A stretch of 64,000 nucleotides of DNA from assembly GCA_035639235.1 (NCBI GenBank), contig DASQYL010000229.1, positions 7-64,006 of the forward strand. Direction: 5' to 3'. The notes beneath the pieces are model-generated. The model ran no database searches, was not told the origin of the DNA, and saw nothing but the letters and a program-made list of their open reading frames with translations. This document shows, one piece after another, positions 29,681 to 38,862 of this stretch. Position 1 is the stretch's first letter, and every line of letters begins with the position of its first letter. A program made the position numbers and the translations under genes. Source of the stretch: Pyrinomonadaceae bacterium. Its GTDB lineage: Bacteria > Acidobacteriota > Blastocatellia > Pyrinomonadales > Pyrinomonadaceae.

Positions 29681-30511
29681 ATGATTCCACTAGAAGAGCC
29701 GATTTTTATCGACGTCGATAATGTCGTTTTTGTAGATCAGGTCGGTAACAACTTTTTGTTTCGCGGGCCGCTTCCGTTGACTCCCACCTCTGATCCGAAG
29801 CAGCCTTTTCTCTTTAATTACGATGGCCTCAGAGGAGGAATGGAGAACGCGCTTCGCAACACCGGCCACGAACTGCCGTGGCCATACCGTCTGATCGACA
29901 TCAATCTGTGTCAATGGGAAAACGTTAGTAACATTCCATGGATCGAGACGGAATATAACTACTTTCAAGATCATCCGGATGCAGGAGAGTTCCAGTTTTG
30001 GGAAACAAACGGAACCGGACTCTGTCCCCTGTCACCGCCGCTCAATGATCCGGAGGTGCAGACCTATCTCGCCACGAACCTGTGGTATTGGCTCACTGAT
30101 AGACTTGCTGACTCGCCGCCTGGCGTGTACCCCCCGGGAAGAATGGACCAATTGCGCGAGTGGCTTGCGACTGATACCGATCCGCCCACAGTAATCTACG
30201 CCCACTGCCAAGGCGGAATTGATCGCACCGGCGAACTGATCGGCGCTTACTATCTGCGCTGGATGGGAAAGACGTGGGCCGAGATGAACTGTCTGAACTA
30301 CCAGATTACCGAACCTAATCCGCGACCCTTTGGTTGTAACAACTACCGCGCGACTCTTTGGTACGCCATCTATTTAAACGTGGTCCATGGCTTCGATCTC
30401 AATTACAACGAAGCCTTTCCCTGCGCGGATCCGGGTGGGCCGGCGTACAAGTGCGGAGAGGCATCGTCGAATCCCGACCCCGATAATCCATGGACGTTTT
30501 GCGTAGGTTAG
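29681..30511 (+). CDS. Cys-based (CX5R) protein-tyrosine/dual-specificity phosphatase-like protein
   Basis: Active-site loop HCQGGIDRTG. GGAG RBS 6 nt before ATG 29681. No signal peptide. Cys-rich C-terminus. Confidence 0.7.
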   Translation: MIPLEEPIFIDVDNVVFVDQVGNNFLFRGPLPLTPTSDPKQPFLFNYDGLRGGMENALRNTGHELPWPYRLIDINLCQWENVSNIPWIETEYNYFQDHPDAGEFQFWETNGTGLCPLSPPLNDPEVQTYLATNLWYWLTDRLADSPPGVYPPGRMDQLREWLATDTDPPTVIYAHCQGGIDRTGELIGAYYLRWMGKTWAEMNCLNYQITEPNPRPFGCNNYRATLWYAIYLNVVHGFDLNYNEAFPCADPGGPAYKCGEASSNPDPDNPWTFCVG

Positions 30512-30690
30512 GACCACTATCGTCGCGACGTGAATTTAGCCCGACGTTTCAACGCCGGGATCACGCGGGATCAATCGAACCTTGTCGCATCAGCGACAAA
30601 TGAATCTCTCGCGACGAACAATTCATTCGCCCTTTCTTTCCGGCCTTGAAAGGCCGGGCTAGATTCAATCGTCGCTTCGCGACGACAATC

Positions 30691-30786
30691 AATCTGTCGC
30701 CCACTAAAGCGGGCTCTTGTTTTGTGGGGGCTTGGTTCCCAGCACTGAAGTCCTGGGCTAAATTAAGCGTCCGCTGCGAAGCGGAT
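30691..30786 (+). repeat. ~96-nt three-hairpin direct repeat, copy B
   Basis: Aligns with 28991..29086 over its full length with a few substitutions and a 1-nt indel. Confidence 0.85.
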
Positions 30787-30913
30787 GGGTGCGCTACGCC
30801 TGTTCAGCGGACTAGTCCCGAGGCATCGGAGAACGGGGGCTAAGAAAAAACGCGATTTCGAGCCAAAATCCTCGTATTTCCTCAAGAATTTGACTGATTT
30901 GGCTTTCGAAAAC

Positions 30914-31186
30914 CTGCATTTCCAATCGATCCAAATGCATTTTCCCTTGATGGAAATACACCGCAAGTCGATGGAAATTCATTTCTAATTGATGGGAATG
31001 CATTTGGAATTAATCTGAATGCAGTCGGAATTGATAGAAATGCATTCTGAATTGATTGGAATGCAGCGCGAATCGGTTCGGATGCACTTCTAATCGATCC
31101 GAATGCAGCCCGAATCGATCAAAACGCATTCAGAGTTATTCAAACTCCAGTCCGAATTGACCAGTGTCGATTCTGCGCGGTTCAAC
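30914..31186 (+). repeat. tandem array of 13 exactly phased 21-bp units (weaker periodicity back to about 30848)
   Basis: Unit starts fall at 30914 + 21n with no indels. Consensus is ATGCAttcnGAATCGATnnA. See the findings. Confidence 0.9.
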
Positions 31187-31267
31187 TCCACACCGCCCGC
31201 TCGCGCTCCGGCCGGTGGACAGATCGTTGATTTGCTTCATTCGTCGCACACATGTAACGTAAACTTC

Positions 31268-32077
31268 ATGTCTGAAAATCACGCCGCCTTTGTTGGATCG
31301 ATTCCGGAGAATTACGATCGCTATTTGGGCCCGCCGATGTGCCGGCCGAACGCAGAAGATTTAGCTGCGCGTTTGCGCGTAGCACCAAACGCGTCAGTGT
31401 TGGAACTCGCTTGTGGCACCGGCATCCTGACGCGATGTTTGCGCGATCGGCTGCCGGCCGAGGCGAAGTTGACCGCGACCGATCTGAACCAGGACATGAT
31501 CAATTATGCGATCGCGAAATTTGGTTCAGGATCGGTTGAATGGAAGCAGGCTGATGCCACTGAATTGCCTCTCGCGGACGAATCGTTCGACGCAATCGTG
31601 TCTCAGTTCGGCGTAATGTTCGTTCCCGACAAAGCCCATGCGTTTGCCGAAGCGCATCGCGTGCTCAAGCGCGGCGGACAATTGCTTTTCAATGTTTGGG
31701 ACTCGCTGGAGTACAACGATTTCGCTCGCACGGGCCGTGAAGTCGTCAACGGTTTCTTTGAGGACGACCCGCCGACGTTCTACAACGTGCCATTCTCTTC
31801 GTATGAGCGCGAGCCAATGCGGGAACTGCTGGCCGGCGCTGGGTTCACCGACATTCAAGTTGCAACCGTTCCAAAGGATGCGACGGCGCCGTCCGCCGCA
31901 GAGTTGGCGATTGGTCTGGTGGAAGGCAATCCAATCATCACCGCGATTAAAGAGCGGATGCCGGAAAAAATTCCCGCCATCAGGACGGCTGTCACTCGCG
32001 CGCTGGTCGATCGATTCGGAGACGCGCCGGTGCGGGCAAAGATGCAGGCAATAGTCTGGTCAGCGCGAAAGAATTAA
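31268..32077 (+). CDS. class I SAM-dependent methyltransferase
   Basis: Motif I VLELACGTGILT and post-I TDLNQDM. The tracked ORF start at 31103 lies inside the repeat array, so ATG 31268 is preferred. Confidence 0.8.
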   Translation: MSENHAAFVGSIPENYDRYLGPPMCRPNAEDLAARLRVAPNASVLELACGTGILTRCLRDRLPAEAKLTATDLNQDMINYAIAKFGSGSVEWKQADATELPLADESFDAIVSQFGVMFVPDKAHAFAEAHRVLKRGGQLLFNVWDSLEYNDFARTGREVVNGFFEDDPPTFYNVPFSSYEREPMRELLAGAGFTDIQVATVPKDATAPSAAELAIGLVEGNPIITAIKERMPEKIPAIRTAVTRALVDRFGDAPVRAKMQAIVWSARKN

Positions 32078-32204
32078 CGGCACGCCCAAGCTGGGTTCGA
32101 GAGGTCTGACTGGCCGGCTGATAATCGAACGACCTTTCGTTGCTATAATTTCTTGCCCATTCCTCATTTAATTCAGACAAGGACTAGCTCCAATCTAACA
32201 TTCC

Positions 32205-33074
32205 GTGAAATTCGTTAGTGCTTCAATATTCCTGCTGCTCTTATTCGCGGCTTCAATCACGGCGCAGGATTCGACCGCCGTGACTGCGCCGATGCAGATG
32301 CGCGGACTGATGCCGGTGGTGGAAGTAAAGATCAATGGTCAGGGGCCCTTTGTTTTCTTGATTGATACCGGAGCCGGCCTGCAAGCCGACATCGATACCG
32401 CGGTCGCGCAGCGATTACGGCTACGCATGAGCGGTCGCGCGATCAACGGCGATCCATCCGGCGAAAACGACCGCGACGTGGCGACCACCACGATCGATTC
32501 CATTACGATCGGCAAGGCAGACTTTCGAAATGTGACGGCGATTGTCAGGCCGCAGCGGATAACAAAAGATTATCCGGAGATCGACGGCATTCTCGGGTTC
32601 GCGCTCTTTACCGATTACCTCCTGACGCTTGATTATCCCGCGATGCAACTGAGGCTGGCGCGCGGCGCATTGCCAGCGGCGAATGGATCTGATGTTCTGA
32701 ATTTCGAGATCGAGAATCGCATTCCGGTCGTGCAAGTGGCCATCGGCAAGATTCGCGTGAAGGCGCACCTTGACTCGGGCAATTTTGTGGCCGGTTTCAT
32801 CTTGCCCGAAGAGATCGTCGCGCAGCTTCAGGTACTCTCGCAACCAGTGACGGCCGGCGGCGCGCGCTCAGTCAGCAACCGCATGGAACTCAAACAGGTC
32901 CAATTGCGTGACACAATTCGCATCGGCCATTTCGAATTTGCTCAGCCGACAGTCACTTTTCCCGCCTTGTCCGATTCGAACGTTGGGTTTAAGGTGCTTC
33001 GCGATTTTGTCTTAACCTTCGATCAGCAGAACCGCCGCGTCAAATTCGAAACAAAGCCGAAGCATGATGCGTAG
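32205..33074 (+). CDS. secreted retropepsin-like aspartic protease (two-lobed)
   Basis: Signal peptide. Two catalytic motifs, LIDTGAG and HLDSGNF. Confidence 0.7.
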   Translation: MKFVSASIFLLLLFAASITAQDSTAVTAPMQMRGLMPVVEVKINGQGPFVFLIDTGAGLQADIDTAVAQRLRLRMSGRAINGDPSGENDRDVATTTIDSITIGKADFRNVTAIVRPQRITKDYPEIDGILGFALFTDYLLTLDYPAMQLRLARGALPAANGSDVLNFEIENRIPVVQVAIGKIRVKAHLDSGNFVAGFILPEEIVAQLQVLSQPVTAGGARSVSNRMELKQVQLRDTIRIGHFEFAQPTVTFPALSDSNVGFKVLRDFVLTFDQQNRRVKFETKPKHDA

Positions 33075-33114
33075 TCAGTTCGTCATTTATTACGCGACAG
33101 TGAAACCGATCATC

Positions 33115-33867
33115 ATGCTCAGATTAAGTTTTTGTATTCTGATCTTGTCTTTCGCATTCTCGATCTGCTTTGGCCAGGATCTGGAAAAGACCCTTACACC
33201 TAAGACATTCGCGAGTGAAAAAGGCGAGCTGCCATATCGTTTGTTTGTCCCGTCGAATTACGATCGCGCGAAAAAATATCCGCTGGTTGTTTATCTCCAC
33301 GGCAGCGGCGGGTTGGGAAACGATAATCTCAAGCAGCTTCAGCTCGGCAATGTTTATCTGATCAGTTTCTTCACTTCAAGCGAAACGCAGTCGCGCTATC
33401 CGGCTTTCGTTGTAGCGCCGCAGTCGCTGAACGAAGGCTGGGTCGCCGCAAGCGATCGCGTCACACCGACGAATCAATTGCGACTGTTGGCAGATTTGAT
33501 TCGCGAGCTGGAACGAACCTTTAGCATCGACCGCGGACGCGTGTATGTTACGGGACAATCTTTGGGAGGCTTTGGCGCCTTTGCGATTGTCGCGGCTTAT
33601 CCGAATCTATTCGCCGCCGGCATACCGTTGTGCGGCGGCGGCGATGAATCGAAGGCCGCGCAATTCAAGCACACGCCTCTCTGGGTTTTTCACGGCGATC
33701 ATGACGAGGCCGTACCGGTTGAGCGCTCGCGCACCATGGTCGCAGCGATTCGCAAAGCCGGAGGCCAGGTTAAATACACGGAGTATCCTGCTGCGGGCCA
33801 TGACATCTGGACCAAAGTCGTGAAAGAGTCCGATTTGTTGTCGTGGCTCTTTGCGCAGCACCGGTGA
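33115..33867 (+). CDS. secreted alpha/beta hydrolase (carboxylesterase / prolyl oligopeptidase-fold)
   Basis: Signal peptide after M at 33115. Nucleophile elbow GQSLGG. Followed by HGDHDEAVP and AGHD. Confidence 0.75.
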   Translation: MLRLSFCILILSFAFSICFGQDLEKTLTPKTFASEKGELPYRLFVPSNYDRAKKYPLVVYLHGSGGLGNDNLKQLQLGNVYLISFFTSSETQSRYPAFVVAPQSLNEGWVAASDRVTPTNQLRLLADLIRELERTFSIDRGRVYVTGQSLGGFGAFAIVAAYPNLFAAGIPLCGGGDESKAAQFKHTPLWVFHGDHDEAVPVERSRTMVAAIRKAGGQVKYTEYPAAGHDIWTKVVKESDLLSWLFAQHR

Positions 33868-34017
33868 GATGTTTGAAGAGACCGCTACCTACAAACTAAC
33901 CATTCGTCGCAGCAATCAAACTTTGCAAGTGTCGTTGAAACCGCGAAAACTAATCTGACGGGTCTTCCTGTAAGGGCAGGCTTGTCCTTGCCCCGACAGA
34001 ATTGTAAATCTCATCAT

Positions 34018-34902
34018 TCATCGGGGAGTATCGCGAAACAACGAATTCAGCTCGAAGGTCGCCGCATCGGCAAACGATTGAAACGATCCTGACGTTTGAA
34101 TTTCTTCTGCCGCTCGAATTAAACCACCCCAGGCAGCTCGCGCCAATGTACTGCCGACTGAGATTCTTCGCACGCCGATATCTCTAAGTTGATTTATGGT
34201 TAACTCACAATTCTGCGCAAACACGAGCACGTTGATCGGCTTCGGTGAAACGGCTCTGACAATCTCAACGATCTCTTCCGGTTTGGTTACGCCCGGTGCG
34301 TACAAGCAATCGGCGCCGGCGTCCGCGAAAGCGACCAGTCGTTTGAGTGAGGTTCGCAAAGGATCGGAATCGCCCACCAGATAAGCTTCGCAACGCGCTG
34401 TCAGAATCACGTTAAGAGCACCTGATTCGGTCGTTATCGCTCCCGGTTCGGGCACGACGGCCTTTGTTTGCGGCACCGACTGGATCGCTGCGCGTGCGGC
34501 CTTGATTCTTTCTACGGCCAAATCAAAATCGTAAAGCGGCTTTGCCGAATCGCCCGTTGAATCTTCGATGGATAATCCGGCAACGCCGGTTGCGACACAC
34601 AGTTTCACGTTCTCGGCCACAGCTTCCGGCTCGTCGGCATATCCATTCAGGAAATCCGCATTGACCGGCAAATCAGTCACCGCGGAAATTTCGCGAAAAT
34701 GATCCAGCATCATCTCACGCGAGACGAAGCCGTCGGCGAGACCTTTGGTGAATGCAAATCCGGCCGACGTAGTCGCGAGCGCCCTGAATCCGGCATGCGC
34801 CAAATAAACGGCCGAACCAATGTCCCAGGGGTTCGGCAAAACGAAGCATCCCTGCTCGTGCAGCTCGCGAAACTTTTCGATGGCTAATGATTGCTTACTC
34901 AT
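34018..34902 (-). CDS. isocitrate lyase / PEP mutase family protein
   Basis: FVLPNPWDIGSA...ALATTSAGFA and GLSIEDS motifs. Confidence 0.8.
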   Translation of the reverse strand: MSKQSLAIEKFRELHEQGCFVLPNPWDIGSAVYLAHAGFRALATTSAGFAFTKGLADGFVSREMMLDHFREISAVTDLPVNADFLNGYADEPEAVAENVKLCVATGVAGLSIEDSTGDSAKPLYDFDLAVERIKAARAAIQSVPQTKAVVPEPGAITTESGALNVILTARCEAYLVGDSDPLRTSLKRLVAFADAGADCLYAPGVTKPEEIVEIVRAVSPKPINVLVFAQNCELTINQLRDIGVRRISVGSTLARAAWGGLIRAAEEIQTSGSFQSFADAATFELNSLFRDTPR

Positions 34903-34957
34903 CTGATCGTGTCTTTCGCTTGAGCGTGTCCTTAAGTGTCTCTGGGTCTCGGTGCAT

Positions 34958-35014
34958 CCTCCGTGTCTCTGTGGTGAAAATATCTCGGGAAACGTTCACC
35001 ACAGAGGCACAGAG
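34958..35014. repeat. inverted repeat cctccgtgtctctgtggtgaa / ttcaccacagaggcacagag
   Basis: Near-perfect 20-nt arms separated by 16 nt, in the intergenic region between 34902 and 35051. Confidence 0.75.
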
Positions 35015-35050
35015 AATCACCAAGACACCGAGGGAATGAATTTAATCCTA

Positions 35051-35512
35051 CTACTTTCGTTTTGCGAAGAACTCCTCAGCAGCGTCGTTGGTTTCGGCTT
35101 CGCTCTGTTCCTTCAGTTGCTGATTAATTCCCCACACATGGCCGAACGGATCGCGGAACTGTCCATAGCGCGCGCCCCAGAACATGTCCTGAAGCGGCAT
35201 CAAGACTTCGGCGCCGCGTTCGATCGCACGCTGAAAGACGCCGTCGGCATCGTCAGTCATGAAAGTGATCCGCACGCTGGTTCCGCTCAACGTCTGCGGG
35301 GTCTGACACATGCCGCCTTCTGCGCGAGTAAACTCGTCGCTGACAAACAAAAGGTGACCGTCGCGCTTCAGTTCGCCGTGCATGAGCCGCTTGCCGTCGC
35401 CCGCCATCATCCGGTGGCCCTCTTCGGCGCCGAATACTTCCTGGTAGAATTTCAGCGCCGCCAGGCCGTCGCTGACGATCAGATGCGGAATAAATTGATC
35501 TGCTCGAGGCAT
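35051..35512 (-). CDS. VOC (glyoxalase/bleomycin-resistance, PhnB-like) family protein
   Basis: IPHLIVSDGLAALKFYQEVFGAEE...DMFWGARYGQFRDPFGHVW. AGGAG sits 7 nt before ATG 35512. Confidence 0.8.
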   Translation of the reverse strand: MPRADQFIPHLIVSDGLAALKFYQEVFGAEEGHRMMAGDGKRLMHGELKRDGHLLFVSDEFTRAEGGMCQTPQTLSGTSVRITFMTDDADGVFQRAIERGAEVLMPLQDMFWGARYGQFRDPFGHVWGINQQLKEQSEAETNDAAEEFFAKRK

Positions 35513-35531
35513 AACTAGTCTCCTGAGAAGA

Positions 35532-35921
35532 TTACTCACCCGCGACCACAGCTGGTACTGACTGTAGTTTCCTGGGCGCGATCATTCGCCACGCTTCTTT
35601 GATGTGCAGTGCCAACTCTTTATCGCTCACGCGGTCGAGTTCAATTCCAATCCAGCCGCGGCAACCAACATACGGCGGCGAATAAAATTTCTTCGGCGAT
35701 TTCTTGATCAGCATCTCCTGGATTCCGATCGCCGCCGGCATAGTGACCGCGATGTGTCCATCGTGATGATGATTGTTCGAGAACATGGCGAAGACTTTCT
35801 TGCCGACGAACCACGTCGGCTCGCCGTGCGAGAGCTTTTCCCATGTGCCCGGCAGCGCCAGGCAGATACGCCGCACGCGCTCGATTGCTTCGTCGCCTTT
35901 TACGCGTGTCTTTCGCTTCAT
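35532..35921 (-). CDS. MmcQ/YjbR family DNA-binding protein
   Basis: [25 protein letters not shown] is the family signature. The start is 35921 (ATGA overlap with the upstream ORF) or 35960. Confidence 0.75.
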   Translation of the reverse strand: MKRKTRVKGDEAIERVRRICLALPGTWEKLSHGEPTWFVGKKVFAMFSNNHHHDGHIAVTMPAAIGIQEMLIKKSPKKFYSPPYVGCRGWIGIELDRVSDKELALHIKEAWRMIAPRKLQSVPAVVAGE

Positions 35922-36061
35922 GCGTTCCAAATGGCCGCCGGCTTTGCCAGCCACATCCATACGATGTAGTCGACCGTCGGCGGCTCGCCGCCAATTTCGC
36001 GCAACCGCGCGTTGATTTGTCCGCGATGATAAAGACTGTCCAGCGGCTCGACTAGATTCAT
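35918..36061 (-). CDS. 47-aa ORF equal to the C-terminal helix of a DinB-family protein (possible gene remnant)
   Basis: [35 protein letters not shown] resembles the DinB C-terminus (HRGQ...LR..G....DY). ATGA overlaps occur at both ends. Confidence 0.35.
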   Translation of the reverse strand: MNLVEPLDSLYHRGQINARLREIGGEPPTVDYIVWMWLAKPAAIWNA

Positions 36062-36585
36062 AAGACAGTGTCCGCAGTCTGACTCGAAGAAAACAATTTC
36101 ACTTCGGGAGCATCTTCGGTCAGCCGTGTCACACGATCAAATCGAAACCCGAGCTTCGTTAACAATTTTCCCGAAGCGTCATTGTCTGGCGTCGTGATTG
36201 CGAGCATCCGCTCTAACCCGAGAACTCCTCGCGCATGATCCATCACCGCCGCCGCTGATTCGAATGCGTAGCCTTTGTTCCAATATGCGGGCAGAAAGGC
36301 AAAGCCAATATCAGGATCGGGCAGCGTATCTCGCTTCAATACGCCGCAGATGCCGATCGGAGTCCGATCGAATTTCAACTCCACCAGATTCAAACCAAAA
36401 CCGTAAGTCTCGTAACTCTTAACGGGACCGTTCACCACGTACGCTCTCGCATCGTCGAGCGTCCGCACCTGCTTATCGCCGATGTAGCGAATGAAGGACG
36501 GGTCATTTAATAATTCAAGAATGAACTCTGCGTCGTCGGTCGTCAGCCAACGCAGCCTCAGTCGTTCTGTTTCTACCACGATCAT
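36058..36585 (-). CDS. GNAT N-acetyltransferase (RimJ/RimL-like)
   Basis: [33 protein letters not shown] is typical of the Acetyltransf_3 family. Start taken at M51 of the tracked ORF. Confidence 0.8.
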   Translation of the reverse strand: MIVVETERLRLRWLTTDDAEFILELLNDPSFIRYIGDKQVRTLDDARAYVVNGPVKSYETYGFGLNLVELKFDRTPIGICGVLKRDTLPDPDIGFAFLPAYWNKGYAFESAAAVMDHARGVLGLERMLAITTPDNDASGKLLTKLGFRFDRVTRLTEDAPEVKLFSSSQTADTVL

Positions 36586-36753
36586 GTCGAGACATGATAC
36601 GTTTGCCAAACCGCGCTGCCAAATTTCTGATTGCCACGATTGCATTTCATTCGATCTATGCAGACAGGATAAATCGCAGTAGAATGCGCCCACTCCGCGG
36701 ATCGATAAGCACGGCGTCGGGCCGCCGCACTCCAAAACAAACGAAGGAGCTTT

Positions 36754-38862
36754 ATGACTGTGAAACGAATTCTGTTCCTGCTGTTGGCGCTAGGCGCCGT
36801 TTCTTTCGCCGTTAGCGCGCAGACGAAACATCCGCTGCGGCTCGACGACCTGATGCGTTTCCGCAACGTCGGTGATCCGCAATGCTCGCCGGACGGCGGG
36901 TCGGTCGCTTACACCGTCTCGACCATCGACGCGAAGGAAGACAAAAGCAGTACGCACGTCTGGATGATTGGCTTTGACGGTAAGAATGATCGGCAGATTA
37001 CTTTCAGTAGCGATAGCGAAGGTGCGCCGCGTTGGAGTCCGGATGGAAAATATCTTTCATTCACTTCCGGCCGCCCGGGGAAACAAGGCGTGCGCGGCAG
37101 CCAAATTTGGTTGTTGGATCGCAGCGGCGGTGAAGCCTATCAACTCACGGATTTCAAAGGCCGTCTGCAAGGCTACGAATGGTCGCCTGATGCGAAGCGC
37201 ATCGCCGTTTTGATTGGCGATCCTGATCCTGATGCGCCCGATCCGAGCGCGACGCCAACGCCGGGCACGCCGCCAAAACCTCCGAAGCCAATCGTAATCG
37301 ATCGTTATCACTATAAGCAGGACGTGCAGGGATATTTGTTGTCGGGCCGTCACACGTACGTCTACATCTACGACATCGCGACGAAGAAACTCGAACGGCT
37401 GACCAAGAGTAAGTGGGACGAGTCGTCGATCTCCTGGTCGCCGGACGGCAAGTGGATCGCGTTCATGAGCAATCATGCCGACGATCCCGATCGCGAGCCC
37501 GCGGCGCAGTTGTATGTCGCCGAAGCGCAACCCGGCTCAACCGAAAAACTTCTGACGACCGCCGACGATCGCGCGAGCCGCACGCGTCCCGAATGGTCGC
37601 CGGACGGAAAATGGATTGCTTTCCTCGAAGGCGATGAAAAGAAGTACGGTGCTTACGGCATGGAGCATCTCGCGATTGTCGCGAGCGACGGCGCATCGCC
37701 GGCAAAACGCGTGGCGGCGAGCGAAGCCTTGGATCGCAGCGTTGGAAATCCGCGCTGGAGCGACGACGGCAAGGCAATTTTCGCGACCGTCACCGACGAC
37801 ACTTACGTCTACGGCATGCGCATTCCAACGGCCGGCGGCAGTGCGACGATGATCACCGACCGAAGCATCACGATCGGGCAGCGGCACAGCGCTGGACAAT
37901 GTGCGGTCGCGATCTCAGGCGACGACAATCACACGAACGAGATTTATTCTGCGAAGCTCGTCAACAATAAATTGAAGTTCGATCAGCTTACGCATCAGAA
38001 CGACAAATTATTCGCCGAATTGGAACTGGGCCAGACCGAAGGCGTCAGCTTCAAGAGTAAAGACGGCACTGAAGTGCACGGCCTGCTGACCTATCCCGTC
38101 GGTTACGTGAAAGGAACCAAGGTGCCGTTTCTGCTGCGCATTCACGGCGGACCCAACGGACAGGACCAACATTCGTTCAGCATCGAACGCCAGGTCTTTG
38201 CGGCGAATGGTTACGCAGTGCTGGCCGTGAATTATCGCGGCAGCGCCGGTCGCGGCCAGAAATATTCACGCTCGATTTTTGCCGACTGGGGCAATTACGA
38301 AGTGCAGGATCTCGAAGCCGGCGTCAATCATATGATCGAGATGGGCGTCGCCGATCCGGACAAGATGGGTGTCGGCGGTTGGAGCTACGGCGGCATCCTC
38401 ACCGACTACATGATCGCCACCGACACGCGCTTCAAAGGCGCTACCAGCGGCGCGGGCACAGCGTTCACGGTCGCCTTCTACGGCACCGATCAATACATCA
38501 TTCAATACGATTACGAGATTGGCCCGCCGTGGAACCCGAAAGCCTGGGAGACCTATGTGAAGATCTCATACCCGTTCCTGCACGCCGATCGCATCAAGAC
38601 GCCGACGCTGTTCCTCGGCGGCGAACGCGACTTCAACGTGCCGGTGCAAGGCGGCCAGCAGATGTATCAGGCGCTGCGCAGTTTGGGGATCGAAACGCAA
38701 CTCGTCATCTATCCGAACGAGTTTCACGGCATCACGCGACCGAGTTACGTGAAGGACCGCTACCAAAGATATTTGGATTGGTACGACAAGTACGTGAAAG
38801 GCAACAAACAGCCGGTGAAGAACGTGGCGGAAGGCGGGCACGAAATGAGTAACGGAATATGA
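36754..38862 (+). CDS. S9 family serine peptidase (beta-propeller plus prolyl oligopeptidase catalytic domain)
   Basis: Signal peptide. Repeated SPDGK propeller motifs. Catalytic GGWSYGG. Followed by GERDFNVP and EFHG. Confidence 0.9.
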   Translation: MTVKRILFLLLALGAVSFAVSAQTKHPLRLDDLMRFRNVGDPQCSPDGGSVAYTVSTIDAKEDKSSTHVWMIGFDGKNDRQITFSSDSEGAPRWSPDGKYLSFTSGRPGKQGVRGSQIWLLDRSGGEAYQLTDFKGRLQGYEWSPDAKRIAVLIGDPDPDAPDPSATPTPGTPPKPPKPIVIDRYHYKQDVQGYLLSGRHTYVYIYDIATKKLERLTKSKWDESSISWSPDGKWIAFMSNHADDPDREPAAQLYVAEAQPGSTEKLLTTADDRASRTRPEWSPDGKWIAFLEGDEKKYGAYGMEHLAIVASDGASPAKRVAASEALDRSVGNPRWSDDGKAIFATVTDDTYVYGMRIPTAGGSATMITDRSITIGQRHSAGQCAVAISGDDNHTNEIYSAKLVNNKLKFDQLTHQNDKLFAELELGQTEGVSFKSKDGTEVHGLLTYPVGYVKGTKVPFLLRIHGGPNGQDQHSFSIERQVFAANGYAVLAVNYRGSAGRGQKYSRSIFADWGNYEVQDLEAGVNHMIEMGVADPDKMGVGGWSYGGILTDYMIATDTRFKGATSGAGTAFTVAFYGTDQYIIQYDYEIGPPWNPKAWETYVKISYPFLHADRIKTPTLFLGGERDFNVPVQGGQQMYQALRSLGIETQLVIYPNEFHGITRPSYVKDRYQRYLDWYDKYVKGNKQPVKNVAEGGHEMSNGI

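Noticed and set aside
30848-31186. The 21-bp repeat array could be a CRISPR array.
   Set aside because: The units are contiguous with no unique spacers. They are degenerate rather than near-identical, only 21 bp long, and no cas genes or leader are present.
31103-31267. N-terminal extension of the methyltransferase (tracked ORF starts at 31103).
   Set aside because: The extension is simply the last repeat units read in frame (MQPESIK THSELFK LQSELTS). The methyltransferase fold starts after ATG 31268, and upstream units in the same phase contain stops.
27397-31267. Prophage or integrative element with an integrase.
   Set aside because: No integrase, transposase, att-like tRNA junction or phage structural gene is present. 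Only compositional deviation and repeats support islet status.
33868-33960. A short ORF, MFEETATYKLTIRRSNQTLQVSLKPRKLI, after the esterase gene.
   Set aside because: It is only 29 aa, has no RBS, and cannot be distinguished from chance.
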